Shown: positions 11,601-25,164, numbered from the whole stretch's first letter. The stretch is DNA of 62,886 nucleotides, filler included, from Platydemus manokwari (GCA_037951405.1; 6 parts of 6 records of this genome joined end to end with filler, not necessarily neighbours in it), one strand, 5' to 3'. Numbers and translations are program-made. Notes: generated by a model not told the origin, from the sequence alone.

Positions 11601-13817
11601 CATCAGGATGGGCTTTTTCAACTTCATCAAACAAAACAACAGCTTGGGGACAATTGGTTAAAGCTTTGGTCAATTGTCCACCTTGCTCATGCCCAACATA
11701 GCCGGGTGGTGATCCAATAAATTTTGCCACCTATAATTGGTTCGGATATACCACAATGAAAATTTCCACATTAATTGATAACGATTTGAATATATAAAAT
11801 CAAGCTTACTGGGTATATTAACCGATTTAGAAAAAATAATAAAAATCAATTATGAACTAAACACAAACAATGAGACATCTTAGATTCATCAATAAATAGG
11901 AAATGTTTTGATATCAGTTATCATCAGTTGAAATAAAATTGTCAATTTATTTGTCATTTACTATTGTAAATTGTGATCTATCAATCCAACCAATCAAATT
12001 TAACAAAATTAGATAAATCGATATTAAAATTTAGAGAGAAATTTTAAAATGATTTCGTGAAATTAACCTGAATAAATGATCGTCAAATGGCAAAAACAGA
12101 TTTATATTTGGTGAGTGAAATAGAAACGGTTACATGAAATTATTGATTTGTGAAGTGAGTGTCAGAAGATTTATAAAAATACAAATTTGGTTCATTTTTC
12201 TAGGCTAGATTTTGACCTGCAGGGGGTATTTATGAGATAATCGATCATAATAGTCGAATTTTATCCATTATTTTTACAATATTTAACACGATGTTATATC
12301 AATCAATAAACGATGATGAAACTAGGAAGTAACCTCGTGTTTTTGTTGATATTCGGACATATCTATTCGAATGAAACCCTTTTTCAAGTCGTTTTTGTGC
12401 AAATAATTGGCAATTTGCTTAGCAGTCTCCGTTTTACCGATTCCAGAAGATCCAAGAAACAAAAATACCAACGGATGTTCATCGTCAGTCCAACCGTTTT
12501 CCTTTCGTCGAATAGCTAAAATTAAGATCTAAAAACAACCAAAACCTAAATCAACTGAAAAATCTTTTACTGGCTGCAACAAGATCTATTGCGGCTTCTT
12601 GGCCGACGATATGTTTTCGCAATCGGTGTTCCAATGGAAATTTACGTCTTTCTTCGATTTCTTTTTCTCTTTTACTTTTCAAAAACTAAAAATATCAAAT
12701 TATGATTTTTAAATAACCAATCTAATTATTGTTATTATTATTTATTTGTATAATTATTTGAGAAACAGTTTCTCTCTGTATTCGTGACATTATGCAAATA
12801 AATATATCCCATAAATTAGCCTTACTTGTTCTTCCTTTGAAAGTAACAATTTCCTAATGGAATCCGATTTTGCATATTGTATAGGTGTATATCCTTTATC
12901 ATTTTCCATTGTTGGATCAGCATCTAATAGATATATTCCATTGTGAAACATATTAATGATAAGATTTACTATTATTCAACAATAATGCTGTCATGTCATA
13001 ATCGTCCAACAATACTGAATAATGGAGAGCTGTGCAGCCTTGAAAATTTGCCCGCGTATTAAATTCTGCACTGAACTCATTTTTTCGTATATAGTCGACT
13101 AAATAATTCAATGAAAATGTTGATCAATCATTTATATAAATATGTGATTATATCACATATAATCGTATTAAATCACAGTAAAACATTATATAAAGATTAA
13201 AATTATATTTATATAATTCGAAATGAATTTTTAATAATTATTAAATTTTACTTTATCAGAAAAATTTAATTAAAATTCTTTTTACTTTCTAAAGCATTCG
13301 TTTTCAAAATTTTTGACATTTCTAATGCACCACTATAATCATCCTTTTCGTTTACATTTGCACCTTTACCGATTAAGAATTTCGCACATCTATAATTAAA
13401 ATAACGAAAGTTACATTAATGCAATATTTTAATTTACTTTAACTGTCGATTAGCAACAGCAGTCATTAATAATGACCAGCCTAATGAATGCCGCTTTTCT
13501 AAATCTTCTTTCTGAAATCCTCTGATAAAGAAATTATATTTAATTCAATTAAATGTTAAATACTTTGATAGGTTATTTAAATCACCTATTCTAGCATAGT
13601 ACAAAACATCACCTAAATTCCATAATTAAACAACAATTAAAATAAAAATACAATACTTCGCAAATTTAGAATATTAGCTGATAATAAAAGAAGCGGTGAT
13701 GATTTAAAAAATATTTCACAGAAATTAGAACATTTATATTTGAATGGATAATTATATATCAATTTTTTTTACATTACAGCACAAACGTATATTAATAAAT
13801 ATTAAAACACTATTCAT
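8613..13817 (-). CDS. CLPB: Mitochondrial disaggregase CLPB/Skd3 (ankyrin repeats + single AAA+ domain), 13 exons
   Basis: Hand-built exons with GT-AG introns: 13817-13657 (tentative, needs a 1-nt correction), 13612-13564, 13521-13438, 13389-13286, 13098-12970, 12923-12826, 12685-12571, 12515-12334, 11730-11569, 11518-11392, 11338-11277, 11223-10999, 8843-8613. Motifs: [46 protein letters not shown], Walker A GSSGIGKT, pore loop GSPPGYVG, Walker [27 protein letters not shown]. These closely follow metazoan CLPB/Skd3. Confidence 0.96.
9556..9608 (+). repeat. Short dispersed repeat (other copies at about 9860-9905 + and about 38440-38500 -)
   Basis: GACTTTTC.GTTCGT.TTG.ATGC.TGTTTTATAAAATAGTA occurs twice in the CLPB intron; the reverse complement CGCTACTATTTTAAAAA...AAACGAACTGAAAAGTCACGACA occurs near 38445. 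Confidence 0.75.
10208..10275 (+). pseudogene. tRNA-Lys(TTT) pseudogene
   Basis: Matches canonical metazoan tRNA-Lys-TTT (CCCGGATAG..TCGGTAGAG..CTTTTAATCTGAGGGTCCAGGGTTC..TGTTCGGGCG) but lacks 5 nt (CTCAG) of the D-stem/A-box and has substitutions in the stems. 68 nt long, followed by a T5 Pol III terminator at 10279-10283. Confidence 0.9.
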
Positions 13818-14074
13818 CGGACATATTATAAAGTATTGTCACGCACTCTCCATCCCTACTCAACACCGTAAGACATACAGGGATTGAGAAAAGTAGTTAG
13901 GAAGCAGAAGCTTAAGGATTGGTCTAAAATGAACACGAAACAGGTTTTTAAATTTGAAAACGGCATTTGTATGACACAGACTGGATACTTTCTTAAATAC
14001 TTGAATTATTATATAAGCTAATTATTCTATAGTATTTATCAGTAAAATTATTTTACTAATAACTGTTTATTGTT

Positions 14075-14174
14075 NNNNNNNNNNNNNNNNNNNNNNNNNN
14101 NNNNNNNNNNNNNNNNNNTTAATTAATTAANNNNNNNNNNNNNNNNNNNNNNNNNNNNNNNNNNNNNNNNNNNN
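14075..14174. other. Artificial contig linker
   Basis: 44 N + TTAATTAATTAA (stops in all six frames) + 44 N = 100 nt. Confidence 0.97.
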
Positions 14175-14780
14175 CTGCATTATAAATAGCCATCTTTTAT
14201 CAGCTTTCCAAGATATTTAACAAAGCTTCATCTGGAAAATTATTAACTTCAATAACGACATACATTTGAGAGGATAGAAAAATATTTGCAACCGATATGT
14301 TTAGCTTGGTAACGATAATGAGAAAAATGAAGCAGAAATTTATTAAGGGTATAATTGTTTCAGAGAATTTGAATTGTTCGTTAAAGAAATGATGATGACA
14401 GTGTTACTTATTTAGTGTGAACATGAAAGTAATGAATAAGAATATTAGGCAACTCAAGTAATGGTAAAGATTTAAGAATATAATGTCTTAAGTTCGTCAA
14501 GAACTTTTTCTATGGATTGACTGCTTCTAGCAACGTTATGTACTTTAAAATGACTTAAAATTTCTTTTTACATAAATAATAAAATTTTAATCTGGATATT
14601 TCTAACTTTTCATCACGAAATCTTAAGCTAGTCAATAATCAATAATTTAAGTCTTTATTTCTATCTCAGAAAAATACAACCTGGACAGGTATCGTAACAA
14701 ATGAAAGTTCTAAACTAAATATTTTATTAGCTGCTAATTCTAATTGGATAATATTGTGTGTATAACTAAAATCAATTCCA

Positions 14781-15237
14781 ATGTTTGTAATTTTGAAAAT
14801 GATATTTATTGTTAATTTATTCTGATCCAACAAAAGGACAGCAGTGTCCAATTAATTACAAATCTTGTGGATCGATTTGTTATAATGATGAAGTTCCAGA
14901 ACAAACATTCTGTAAGGCCGCTGAAATATGTTCTTTAATAAATGGAAGATTGGCTTTGGACAAAGAAATACTAATGCTCTGGTCATGTTTAAAGAATGTC
15001 CCTAGATTCGTAACAGGAATGACAGATTTGTTCAATGAAAGATATACAAATAGAACTAAATGGCTAAATATCGATGAATCATTAACTGAACAAATTAGGT
15101 TTTGTGCCAACCAGGTAATTATGATAATTGAGAAGACTGAAATCGAAACTTTAACTGACATTCATCTTATGCAACAATAGCTATATAAGAAGAATTGGTG
15201 ATTTTATTGTGACGTCATTGTTGCTACTGGAAAGTGA
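14781..15237 (+). pseudogene. Secreted C-type lectin-like gene, disrupted
   Basis: CPINYKSCGSICY...TFCKAAEICSLINGRLA...VTGMTDL fits a CTLD N-terminal half. A signal-peptide-like MFVILKMIF from ATG 14781 is one base out of frame with LLIYSDPTKGQQCP. In-frame stops lie before a final FYCD. Confidence 0.6.
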
Positions 15238-16099
15238 CGGTATTTTAAGATATTTATGTAAAGGTCAGATTCTATTTTATAACGATTTTTGATAATCATT
15301 CCCTTTATTCGTTGATGATGACAGAAATTTGTTTTGATTTGATAAATGCAAATTATGAAGTCAAAAATATTTGTAGTGAAGAATTTTTAAGATGAGTTTC
15401 TATCGATATTTCGATAATATATTTTTAAAATAATATTTCTCAACAACGAATTACTGTAATTAACATAATTTTACAGAAAATTATGGACAATTATATTCAT
15501 TCATGTGAGGATTTTAAAAATCAATAAATGATCAATTCGATTTGATTGAATAATTTGCTCAGGTATAATTTTGTGTGGAACTTGTTGATTTGTTTGAGTC
15601 TTAAGTTTCTGGAAAAGTAATTCCAACCATGATGGTGATCGGTTGGGATTCGAGTCAGAAAATATCAATGCCATCAAAGCATAGAAAAATAGAATTTCAA
15701 CACAAAACCATAAAATACAAAAATGAAAATATGCAACGTTGACTCTGACACCGGGAGAATGGATTTTGGCAAGACACGCATAATGTTAAAATAAAAATAT
15801 ATATTATATATATAAAGTACAGAAAATACTTTATATATAATTTTATTCGGAGAATTCATAAAACAAATCGATAATTCGGTATCAACAAAGATGAAGAAAT
15901 CCTAGATTTTAAAGAATTAAGAATGTGAGGAATGTAAAGTCAGATAATTTCGAATCAATAACTGATCGATTTACTTTGTTTGAATATTTGGAATGAATGG
16001 ATTTCATTGGTTGAGCTTATTAATGCTTGTAAAATGCTCACAGGTATAAAATCAGATTTTAGTAGCTGACACATAACTGCAAAAAATGATTTTCAATGT

Positions 16100-19000
16100 T
16101 ATTTCCAAATCCAAATTCTGGACCGAATAATCAATATATTTTGTGAGAAATCAGCAAATGGATTAATGGAGTTATAAGAAAACAGATCAGGTTATACTAT
16201 AACAATTACATAATCTAATCATTGGTTTTTTAATGGTTCTATCTGATTGCGACTACAAAAATTAATCGACCTTTTGATGAATGAAATGAAATATTTCCAG
16301 TGATCCTTCATTAACCCAATCAATAGGATAATAAAATAATAAAATAGGATATCATTTATATTTACTTTTTGAAATCCATCTTCAGTCAATTCCAGGATGG
16401 ACAAATTGTAAACCTTCCTCTTAGCTGCTTCATTGAACACCAATGTTCCCGTCGATCCTTGAGCATTTGAAATCTGAATAAATCAATGTTAGCAGCCAAT
16501 ATAAACAAGTTCATGTTATTGAAATTATTTAATTTTAAAATTGTCCTGTCAAAGATTATTATTTTTCAATCAATAATTTTAATTCTTTAAAAAAAATGCA
16601 GTCAACCCCGTTCAATATGAATCCGGTTTAATATGAACGCGGTTTAATGTGAACGCGATTTAATGGGAACGTTTAAGTGAAAAATTATTGGAAATCATAT
16701 GGTTTTCACAGGAAATTATGTTTTATTATACGAGCACTGTTTATTTTGAACAATGAACAAGAAATAGTACAAAATAAATCAATAAATTATACAATTCCTG
16801 TTTAAATATCTAATTTTTAAATGTCATTTGTGAACATGAAAACACAAATTCAAAACGAAAGAGAAAAGATTTAAGTATCGAAGAGAAACAGAAATCGTTA
16901 AAATTATTCAATGAAGATAAAAGTTGTTCTCAATGCTTTCTTTCATCAAAATACAATCTTTTATTGGGTTGTATAAATAATCGAATGAAAGCTAAAGACT
17001 CCATTTTGAATTCAAACTCGAACATCAAACAAAAACGGAAAACACATTTACGTAATGAATATCAAGTTGATGGCACCTTATATGAGTGGTTTCAGATCCA
17101 GAGAACAAGAAATATCAGTGTTAGTGGTGATAAACTACAACAAAAACCATTAAAATTAGCAAATCACTTAGGAAATCATGATTTTTAAGCATCGAATGGT
17201 TGGCTTAATTTTTTCTTTCCAGATATATGATATCGTTGAAAAGAATTATTGGGGAATCTAAAACCGTAAATGAAAGGTATGTTCTTAATTTTAAGGAATA
17301 ATATGGAAAAGTTAAAAGAATATGAATATAGAAACACTTATAATTGTGACGAAACTGGACTGCTCTGGAAATGCTCATTAAACAGAACATATACAATTTC
17401 TAAAGAGAATGAGGCAAATGGTAAGTTTTCTAAAGATCAAATTATTATACTCTTGGGAGCAAACATGTTAGCAGAAAAATTAAAGCCTTAAATGATAGGC
17501 AAATAGAAGAAATCTCGTTTTTTAAAAAAATTTGATATAGGAAAACTGCCTACTTATTATTGTTGCAGTGCAAAATCTTGGATAACGTTGACAATTTTTC
17601 AAGATTGGTTAAAAGATTTAAACAATACAATGAAAGCAGGGGATCGGAAATTTTTATTATTGTCAGACAACGCATCTATTCACCCAAAGAACTTTGAATT
17701 GAGTAATATCGAATTATTCTTTTACCCACCAAACTCTTCATCTCTTACTCAACCTCTGAATCAAGATATTATAAAAATGTTTAAAGGCTATTATAAGAAT
17801 CTTTTGAGCCTATCAGTGAATTTTAATTTAGATAATAACGTTACACAAGAGATTTATATCAAGCAATAGTTTGGATTTTGGAATAGTGTAAAACTTGAGT
17901 CTATTTCTAATGGTTTTACCAAGTCTTTCGAAAATATGTAAGTTAAAGAAGTGAATGTGATGATTTTCCATGTTTTGAAATTAATCAAAAATTTGACGAA
18001 CATCTCTTATTTAATTGAGTGGAAAAGTATGATAATGAAGAAACAAATGATAATTCTGTTGAAGACGTGAAAGAAGATGCAGTAATAACAGGATTTGAAA
18101 TCTGAGTATACAAGAAAACTTGAAAAATACTTCCAAGCTAATATTCCTGATAAAATGAACAAAATAAGGGATTTGATTGAAGAAATTCAAGGAGAAAAAG
18201 CATCTAGGCAATCGAAAATCACAGACTTTATTATGTTGCCAAGAAAATTGTAATAAATAGGTATAATAAATACTTTTTTGTGAAATCTTTGATATTTTTA
18301 TGTTAATAACTGTTCACATATCTTTTAATATGACCATTTGACAAAATCGGAACGCTAGGATTCATATTGAACGGGGTTGACTGTATATCAATATCATCGA
18401 TTTCATTCAAACAAATCGAATGAAATTATCCAATCGATGAATTTATTGACTATCTAATGATATTAAAATGCTGCTATGCAGTTGTGATTGAAGTGTGCTG
18501 TTTTCGCGGTTTGATTGTTTCTGGTTTATTCACTTTTCTCTCGAGTAATGAAATAAATAATTAACTCGATTATTTATGTTTAAAAATGTCGATAAAGTTA
18601 TTTGATTGGTTTATCTGAGATGGTTATTCATTCGATTGAAGTCAAGCCATCTACCTGGATAATGTTATTAATAAATGATATCGTGACAACACACTGAATC
18701 GATGAAACCAATCAAGATCTTTCTACTCGACATCTGATCGAAATGATCTTCATAAGACTCATTAATGAACAATTGATATTAATCGATAGTAGAGGGAAAG
18801 AAGTAAAAAGCCAACACTCGTTTGCCTAAATAACACAGTGAATAAATTTATATATTATTTTATATATCATTTCCAGTTATATTCAAACATTATTCCCCAA
18901 TCTTATATCGAGGTAAGTGTTGGACTGCGAGAAGAGTATTCATGGCACAGTATTTTAATTTATATGAAGAGATAGCTTTATCTACTCAAATATAATTTTA

Positions 19001-22000
19001 TATTCGACTTTGTCTGGTGGCGAGGCTGTTTATACGCTCATACAGAGGCTATCAACCAACCAGATATACAAAAACCAGAGATTGAGTCCAGAATAAGTGG
19101 AAGATCAGACACAAATGGATTTTATTTATTTTAAAAATCATTATCATGCCAGAACACCATTTGACTAGAGCATCACTGACTAATACAGATGATACACAAT
19201 ATTAAATTCCTTAGAGACGAAAACCTCATACTACTACAAACAAAAAAAGATTTTAAAAAAACCTTAACTTAAACGATAATGAAAGGCATCTCAAGTGTAT
19301 TCCATGTTGATAACCTAAATATTGATTCAAAATTTTGATTATTATGGAGTTCATGTAATGCATTACAGATATGCGATACCTCACACTTATTAAGCTCAGA
19401 TATGACTCCAGAATTATTATCGCCTCATAATCTTGTGAATTATTGGGATAAGATAATTTTAATTTATCCCAACCATAATATCTTTATCTCGACTTATGGC
19501 ATTTTAAAGATATCAAAGATATAATTGATATAATTACCGAAGTCAAAGCATTCATTAAGCTAGGACCAAATTCCCATGTTTCATTCGAGGAACAATTCAT
19601 CTTGTGTCCTGATAATTGCTTAATCTGTCCTAATTTAACTAAAGCTTTGACCAAAAGATTTATGGAATCGAATATAATTGCAAGTCGAGCCTATTATATT
19701 ATAATTAATCAATTAATCAATCAATATAATTCTTCATGTACCATATAATTCTTTGATTGTGGTTTCTTGGTTTTGGAGTTTCTTCTGGTATTTACAATAT
19801 TGATAAGCGATTGTTGCAGACTGTCGCCATTAATTTGGATTTGCTCGAATATCGAAGAGTCAGAAATGATTGAAAATGTTGTCATGTTAGCTTTATTGTT
19901 GATTTTGAAGATGGCGATATTTACAAGATTGGAGTCCTTGCATAAAAAAATCAACCCAACAAATATATGATCAATAAACTCACCCAATCGGTAAACAGAA
20001 ATGAATTCCGTGGAATCGTCAAGTTGTGAACAGAAGCCTTGTTATAAATAATCAGTTATATTTATAATATAGAATTGGTTTTGATAATTATTTGTAATCA
20101 CGCCTTTTATCGGTAAGTGTTTTGTGTCAGAAAAAGTCAGATAAAAGATGAGGAAAAATTCCTATGGAAATAATATGTCTATATTCTGAATCATTCAGTT
20201 ATGTCAACTCTAGAACAATGCTATTTACGGATCAGTGATTTCATAAAATAGCTTCTCATTTTTCCTTTGTGACTATCATCACTATCGTTTCTAGTGGTTA
20301 TTAACAATGTGAAATTAACCGATATTAGCAATTTTTATAATTTTTTTGAACCGTAAAAGGATGATGAAATAAAATAGATATAATATATGTACCAAGGCCG
20401 GGATCGAATTTTAATAAAATAAAATGAACAGAGAATTTTAATTTGTAAAAATCGTGACTGAAAGATCCTTTTCAGCTTTATTATTTTTCAGGATTTTAAG
20501 ACCATTTATCGGAATTATCGATAATTTAATCATAAAATATCATGTAACCATGACAACAACTATGGTCTTAATAGAATTTCATGCGGACAATTTTTCAATT
20601 CCTCACTGAAAATCGTGAGAAAAATTGTACAAATATATTCATGATTAATAGAAATCAAAAACAATAAAAAAGATTTAATGAAAAATTTCTAAATCTAGCA
20701 AAACCCTAGATCAAAATTGATATGAAGTGTATCTATTTAAACATTAAAAAAAATAATTAAAATATAAAATTTAAAGAATTTCAAATAGAATGTCCCAAAA
20801 ATAAAGTAATTCTCAAAAGTTTTTAAAATTTCATGAACCACAATAAAATGTTTTTGTTTTGAATAACACAAGGTCATTGTGAAAGATTTAAAAGCGTTGA
20901 GAAAACTCAACCAAAATCTAAAAATAGAAACTAATTCATGTCTAAAAATAGAATAACATTAAGTTACTATAAATAACAATTGTTACTAGAATAGTGTGTT
21001 ACTAAAAATAGTAAAATTTAAAATAATGAATACAAACAGAGACAAACGAAATATTATATTAGCAACCACTTAAAATCATTATTCTCTTTCAAGCATGTTC
21101 AAGCATGAAATTTATTCCAAAATTATTAATTTAATATTTATTTTAATTTTTTCACAACTTATTTGAGCAAATCTAATTCCTTTACCTGAATGGTTTGAAA
21201 GTCAACATTAGATATCAAAACATCTTTACTGCTTTATCATCGACAATATATTTTTATTCCATGAGTTCATTTTACTGTCGTACATTTATATTTATTAATA
21301 TGAGTGTAAATCTCTTATAAAAACCCAATAGTAGAGTGATATTTTATTGATTATAAAGAATTGGTGTGTCTCAATGCTTCAAGATGAGATAAATCGTATT
21401 GATTTTGTCAAAATACTCAAACCGCATACCATGATCAAAAAGTCAGTTATTTGCCAATACGGAATATCCACCAAGAAATGACGATAAGTTTTCCATTTTC
21501 TGATTTGGTCAAAGAACTGCTTATTTTTCTGAAGATCGCTATGAATCCATTGCCAGGTTTTGAATCGATATTCATATTGATTTATAAGATATTCATATTT
21601 TCGAATACCTGTAAAAATCAATGAAAAGAAGCATCAATTAAAATTGCAGCCAATATTATGATCCTCATCGAAATAAAATTAAATTAAAAAAATAAGAACT
21701 CACTAGTTTCAGTTGAATGAAATATAATCATATCGTTCCACAGTTCGACATTAGAAATGTAATTGTATAATATGTTGGCATATTGATCACAATCTGGAGA
21801 GATAATAATATCCATGGGATAGGAATCATGTAGTTCTGCTAATTGACATTTCGTCACTAAATGAGGGATATGGAACCTGCTACATACAGACGAGATGTGC
21901 CTTGATGATACCTCAGAAATGGTATCAATTATGGCTACCACACCTTGTTGAAGAACATCACAAGCTAGGGAAGAAATGTTAGAATTAAATATTTTTATAA

Positions 22001-24011
22001 TACTTTCCAATTAGGCGTCCACACCTAATAAAGGCTTCATTAAAATTTTATATTTTAAGACAGGAATGTGATATTTGTAAAGGAAGTGTGAATCGCGTTT
22101 TGTGGGTCAATGATATGGAAATATTTATGCATGTTTGTGTTTGTCGAATTTATTGATTTAATTAATTAATAATTTTGATTGCGGGTTGCCTTTAATGGGC
22201 ATCATCTCATCTTCAACTCCGTAGCGGCATTTTAAGCTAAAAAACCAAAATATTTGTTCGTTTCGAGTTGTACGCTAATATTTCAGTGTCAATTTTATCT
22301 TGTGTTCTGTGATAAATGAGCGATTTCATTGTCGGAATCAAAACAGCATGTCATCACAGTTTCAAGCTCAAATCCATCAGCAAAACATTTCCGTCAACTC
22401 AGTGCTGGTTACAGTTCTTATAACTAACTGATGTAATCAATTTAATCTTGATACATTACCAAAAATCAATGAAGAAGCTCCACCTGTTGCTATATTTAGT
22501 AATTTTATTAGCTAGTTTATGTAATGATTTCTTAAGGCTTCCGCAAATTGGATTATTTCTGTGAATTATTTCATTATGCCGTTTAAACTTTTATTCTTTC
22601 ATTATTAGTGTAGTTTGTCTGCAGATGGTAATAATTAATATTAATTTATAATAATAATTTAATAATATATAAAACAAATATAAGCTTAATTATTATCTCC
22701 AAACAAGTAGAAATTTGTTTGTAAATATCTCTCTGAATTCAGGATAACAAAACTTTCACCACTAAAGAAACCATCTCTGGGGAAAATCTTTATGAACATG
22801 AAACGGCCAAATTATATTTTTTCATAATTGAAACCCAAGCCGCATTTAAGTGTTGCGATTTCGTGTTGAATTTATTGACAGAAATCCATTCAGAAACACT
22901 GTGGCATAAAATGGTGGTAAAACCAACAATTTCAAGAAATTAGAAAATATTTGTTGGACATAATATTTGTGATATCAGATATTATTTCTCGTATTCGAGT
23001 GTGTTTGATCCTGTTTTACGAGATCCATATCGATAAAATTATCAATTTCGTGATTGACGATTATTGTCTTTGATCTTTCAATCGATTTGCGTTCATATTT
23101 ATATTCACCCATGATAATTGAGCCAAAATAGTTGTACATTTTCAATACTCATCAAAAGGATTTTCCCCTTTTAATAAAAATTAATTATTATTCTGGATGA
23201 TTTTTTGGTAAGCACATGTTGATGAAGAATTTATTGATATTCAGGTTTTGGATGAGGCTTTGCCAATAGATTTAATATAATAAGATTATATCGATTCGTT
23301 ACGTAATAGTGCTACCTAATATACTTCAAGGTAGATCATAATCATCAAGCCTTTCCAACGACGAAATCTGATAATTATAATGCTAATGGATATATGCAAC
23401 ATCTTTTTTTAAGAAGAGCAAAATATGTCATGAAACCTGTGTTCGCAAAAAATTATCAAATCATGAATTGGTCTTGAAAATTTAAAGAATGAAGAAGATT
23501 TAAAGTTTAGGAAAGGTTTTGAATGAGCTCTGATTGCTCTATCCACTTCTAACGGTTTAAATATTTTAATATATAGTCGAGCCTTCAATACAATATCGTT
23601 TAGCTTAATTAAATTCATTATTTGTCTTCTCAAAAATGGTTTTAATCAATAAAAGAAAATTATCGGTTATCATTGTAAAATAGACGGCAAATATTGAACC
23701 CACAATAAGTGATGAAAGAAAACTGTGTTAGTCATTTATACTTATGAAGAATCAGTTCTAGTATTTTCTATATTTAAAATTTATTGTGAAAAATGGAGAA
23801 TGAACAGTTGATAAATAGTCGATAATAATGGAGAGAGAGATATTCGATAGTAAAATACTTTTCTTGATTGTATTCAGGCTATGAGTTTCTTCAATGACTT
23901 GAGTTTTCGCGACAAGCGTATAATTAAGGTTTATTAAGTCAGCATTGGCTTTCCGAATTGCAAAGTCGATCACCTTCCAAGAAATGTCATCATCGGCTTC
24001 GAGTATAGTTC
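16100..24011 (-). CDS. Ionotropic glutamate receptor (kainate/AMPA-like), amino-terminal domain exons only (partial)
   Basis: Phase-compatible GT-AG exons 24011-23859, 21964-21704, 21608-21430, 20037-19984, 19936-19742, 19690-19538, 16473-16366. Motifs: FAIRKANA, CDVLQQGVVAII, SSVCSRFHIPHL, FLFTDWD, NMTTF, IFDSINL, MNCSSNETWEFGPSLMNAL, GSTGTLVFNEAAKRKVYNLSILELTEDGFQK. Signal-peptide exon and LBD/TM exons not found; the 3' boundary is uncertain. Confidence 0.88.
16599..18383 (+). mobile_element. pogo/Tigger-family (Tc1/mariner superfamily) DNA transposon, full length, inactivated transposase
   Basis: Perfect 26-nt TIRs CAGTCAACCCCGTTCAATATGAATCC (16599-16624, 18358-18383); TA on the right flank, TG on the left. 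CENP-B-type HTH (LYEWFQIQR..SVSG..ASNGWL) and catalytic motifs YNCDETGL, LLLSDNASIH, PPNSSSLTQPLNQ, broken by stops and frameshifts. Confidence 0.96.
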
Positions 24012-24877
24012 CTAAATTTATTAATATTATTATTATTATAAAACTAATTATTACTAATAAATTTGATATAATAAATCAAAATAATAATAATTATTATTTA
24101 TTAAAATCTTTATTATTAAAATAATTCTCGTCAGGCAAGCATTATTTTAATTAAAATTTATCAAGCCGAAATAAAAAGTTGCTGTCGTTGTTAATCGACC
24201 ATTGGTTGGATAAATTGCACCGAAACAGTTCCTTTCACTAGTGATCGATATTATCGTTTATTTCATTCTAATATTATCACGTCCATTAATACGTCAAAAG
24301 TTTAATTTGGAAAATATTGGATGAAGGCCGCCCTGATAAGTTTCACAGTTATAAGGCGGAATATCTTTTATCTCGGTGAACAACAATAACTAGTAAACTT
24401 TTTGAGATGGATTTAAAAGATATAAATAACGATTGGGGAAGAACAAGAAATAGAGAGAGAAGGAGAGAGGCAGAGAGAGAGTATTGTTGACAAATAAATG
24501 AGTTCTATTCCATTATCGATTAATCTAAAACTCTGTTATAATATTGACACAATTTTGGTAAACTCACTGTGATGGAATAGATAAACAAGCACATCTTTTA
24601 TAAACAAATAAACCTCATATTTGCGACCAAATATGATATATTTGAATATTATCTTGTTGACGGTCAATGTTTTCAGGTCGTGAATGTTTCGAGTCGTGAT
24701 TCATAATTAATTAAAAAGTTGAAAAACTATCGATTTATTTTAAGAGTAAAGTTATCGAATAATCAAGATTTTATCGAATTTCAATACAGCACAAATTATT
24801 TATTACTTAAAAATGTGGTTAATTTCTTTTATATTATTGGCCAATAAAAAATTAGCAAATCACACGAGAAACTACTC

Positions 24878-24937
24878 GATTACATCATGCTTGGTTATAT
24901 AATGGTTGATTATATCATACTTGGTTATATCATACTT
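24878..24937. repeat. 15-nt tandem repeat x4
   Basis: GATTACATCATGCTT / GGTTATATAATGGTT / GATTATATCATACTT / GGTTATATCATACTT. Confidence 0.85.
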
Positions 24938-25164
24938 GAGTAGTTACAAGATTTATTAAAATACAAATATGGATTGTTCTGCTAGGATTGATTTCGACCT
25001 GCATGGGTCTTAAGGCTTGGATTTGTGACGTCATCGGCGCAGTAGAAGCACAGCCTGCTACAATGTTCCTTTTTTCTTTCACTCATCTCAGCTTTGCATT
25101 GGGTATTTTTCGATTGTTTTTTTGTTATTGGATAAAATCGATCAAAGCACCGGTCGAGTGGAAA

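Noticed and set aside
8613-13817. Horizontally acquired bacterial ClpB
   Set aside because: Ankyrin repeats, a single AAA+ domain and 12 spliceosomal introns identify the ordinary metazoan CLPB/Skd3.
14119-14130. TTAATTAATTAA as a biological palindromic motif
   Set aside because: It is centred in exactly 88 Ns five times, so it is an assembly linker.
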